NCBI GenBank assembly: GCA_902771695.1
Contig: CACXXP010000003.1
Location: 2,640 to 66,639 of the forward strand
DNA from: an uncultured Pseudomonadota bacterium
GTDB taxonomy: Bacteria; Pseudomonadota; Alphaproteobacteria; Rs-D84
Direction: 5' to 3'
DNA length: 64,000 nucleotides
The position numbers and the translations under genes are program-made. Shown piece by piece: positions 63,029 to 64,000 of the stretch (positions are counted from its first letter, which is position 1; the number at the start of each line of letters is the position of its first letter). Under the pieces are notes generated by a model, which was not told the DNA's origin, did not search any database, and saw nothing but the letters and a program-made list of their open reading frames with translations.

Positions 63029-64000
63029 ATGCTACATACATCAGATTTTGATTTTGAATTACCGACCGAACTAATCGCGTCGCATCCACTGGAACGTCGC
63101 GATGCATCGCGTATGTTGGTTGTGCGTGGCATCGATATTGTCGATAAACATATTCGTGATTTCTTGGATTATTTGCAACCTGGCGATGTTGTGGTGTTTA
63201 ATAATTCCCGCGTTATACCGGCGCGTTTTGACGCCGACGGACATGAAATAACGTTGCATACCGCGGTTGATGATAAAACGTGGTGGGGACTTTGCAAAAA
63301 ATTTAACAAGATAAATATCGGCGACACATTAACAATGACCGATGGCACAAAAATAACCATTATGGATAAAGACGAAGAAAGCGGTTTATTGCTACGTTTT
63401 GATTGTGATAATGTTTTTGATGTGCTGGGCCGGGTTGGTAAAATGCCATTGCCACCATATATGAAACGTGAAGCCGAAGTTGCAGACCAAACCCGTTATC
63501 AAACGGTTTATGCCGATCCATTGGGGTCCATGGCGGCGCCAACGGCGGGGTTGCATTTCACCGATGAATTGTTGGCGGAAATAGAAAAACATGGTGCCAA
63601 AATTGTAAAAGTTACTTTACATGTCGGTGCAGGAACATGGATGCCGGTTAAAACAGAAAACCTTGCCGAACATAAAATGCACAGCGAATGGTGTTGTATC
63701 ACCCCAGAACAGGCGGATATTATAAACAATGCAGAACGCGTGATTGCGGTTGGAACGACGTCTATGCGAACATTGGAAAGTGCCGCACGAAATGCGGTGG
63801 ATGGCAACCGTGTTGCGCCAATTTGCCAAACCACAGATATATTCATCACGCCGGGTTATAAATTCCGCGCGGTTGATGTGTTGCTGACTAATTTCCATTT
63901 ACCTAAATCAACATTGTTTATGTTGGTATCTGCGTTTGCGGGGTTGGACGAAATGAAGGCCGCATATGCACACGCCGTCGCCGAAAAATATCGTTTTTTC
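63029..64000 (+). CDS. queA: S-adenosylmethionine:tRNA ribosyltransferase-isomerase (3' end outside window); not in the supplied ORF track
   Basis: Frame open from the ATG at 63029 to the window end. Translates MLHTSDFDFELPTELIASHPLERRDASRMLVV..., ...MPLPPYM.R..., ...TNFHLPKSTLFML.... Confidence 0.9.
   Translation, partial: MLHTSDFDFELPTELIASHPLERRDASRMLVVRGIDIVDKHIRDFLDYLQPGDVVVFNNSRVIPARFDADGHEITLHTAVDDKTWWGLCKKFNKINIGDTLTMTDGTKITIMDKDEESGLLLRFDCDNVFDVLGRVGKMPLPPYMKREAEVADQTRYQTVYADPLGSMAAPTAGLHFTDELLAEIEKHGAKIVKVTLHVGAGTWMPVKTENLAEHKMHSEWCCITPEQADIINNAERVIAVGTTSMRTLESAARNAVDGNRVAPICQTTDIFITPGYKFRAVDVLLTNFHLPKSTLFMLVSAFAGLDEMKAAYAHAVAEKYRFF

Overview
AT-rich, gene-dense bacterial chromosome segment. 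Gene content and order look alphaproteobacterial and host-associated (Rickettsiales/Holosporales-like). This taxonomic guess is an inference from synteny and was not searched. Core genes recognised from motifs: gap, miaA, priA, lpxI, birA, dnaB, frr-uppS-cdsA-rseP-bamA, comM, lepB-rnc, secG, tdk, htpX, bamD, murJ, rlpA, era, queA (3' end outside the window). There are three tRNAs (Ser-UGA, Ala-GGC, Arg-ACG), at least four small beta-barrel OMP paralogs, and many lipoproteins and secreted orphan proteins that look like effectors, including a 1543-aa protein. The standout region is about 17.8-30.1 kb. It is a compact T7-type podovirus head/neck/lysis module: SleB-like lysin, holin-like protein, scaffold, gp10-like capsid, gp11- and gp12-like tail-tube proteins, large terminase and gp8-like portal. 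It has no integrase, polymerase, internal-core or fibre genes and sits between birA and a Slam locus. It opens with a consensus sigma70 promoter followed immediately by two tandem intrinsic terminators. It carries a histone-H1-like (PAAKK)n gene bracketed by hairpins. Its large terminase is split into separate ATPase and nuclease ORFs by a 3.3-kb opposite-strand module (unknown 220-aa protein, dual-HTH CI-like regulator, DnaB helicase) with overlapping-codon junctions on both sides. Other notable items are a Slam (DUF560-like) outer-membrane protein with an adjacent TbpB-style His-rich surface lipoprotein; a VirB7-like/2x VirB8-like mini-operon with its own promoter beside bamA, plus an orphan virB11 about 28 kb away; a roughly 195-nt candidate sRNA with CU-rich (anti-SD) loops; and a 16-nt duplication of the tRNA-Arg 3' end flanking a GC-rich remnant. 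All calls come from reading the ORF translations and the DNA by eye. No database search or folding program was run.
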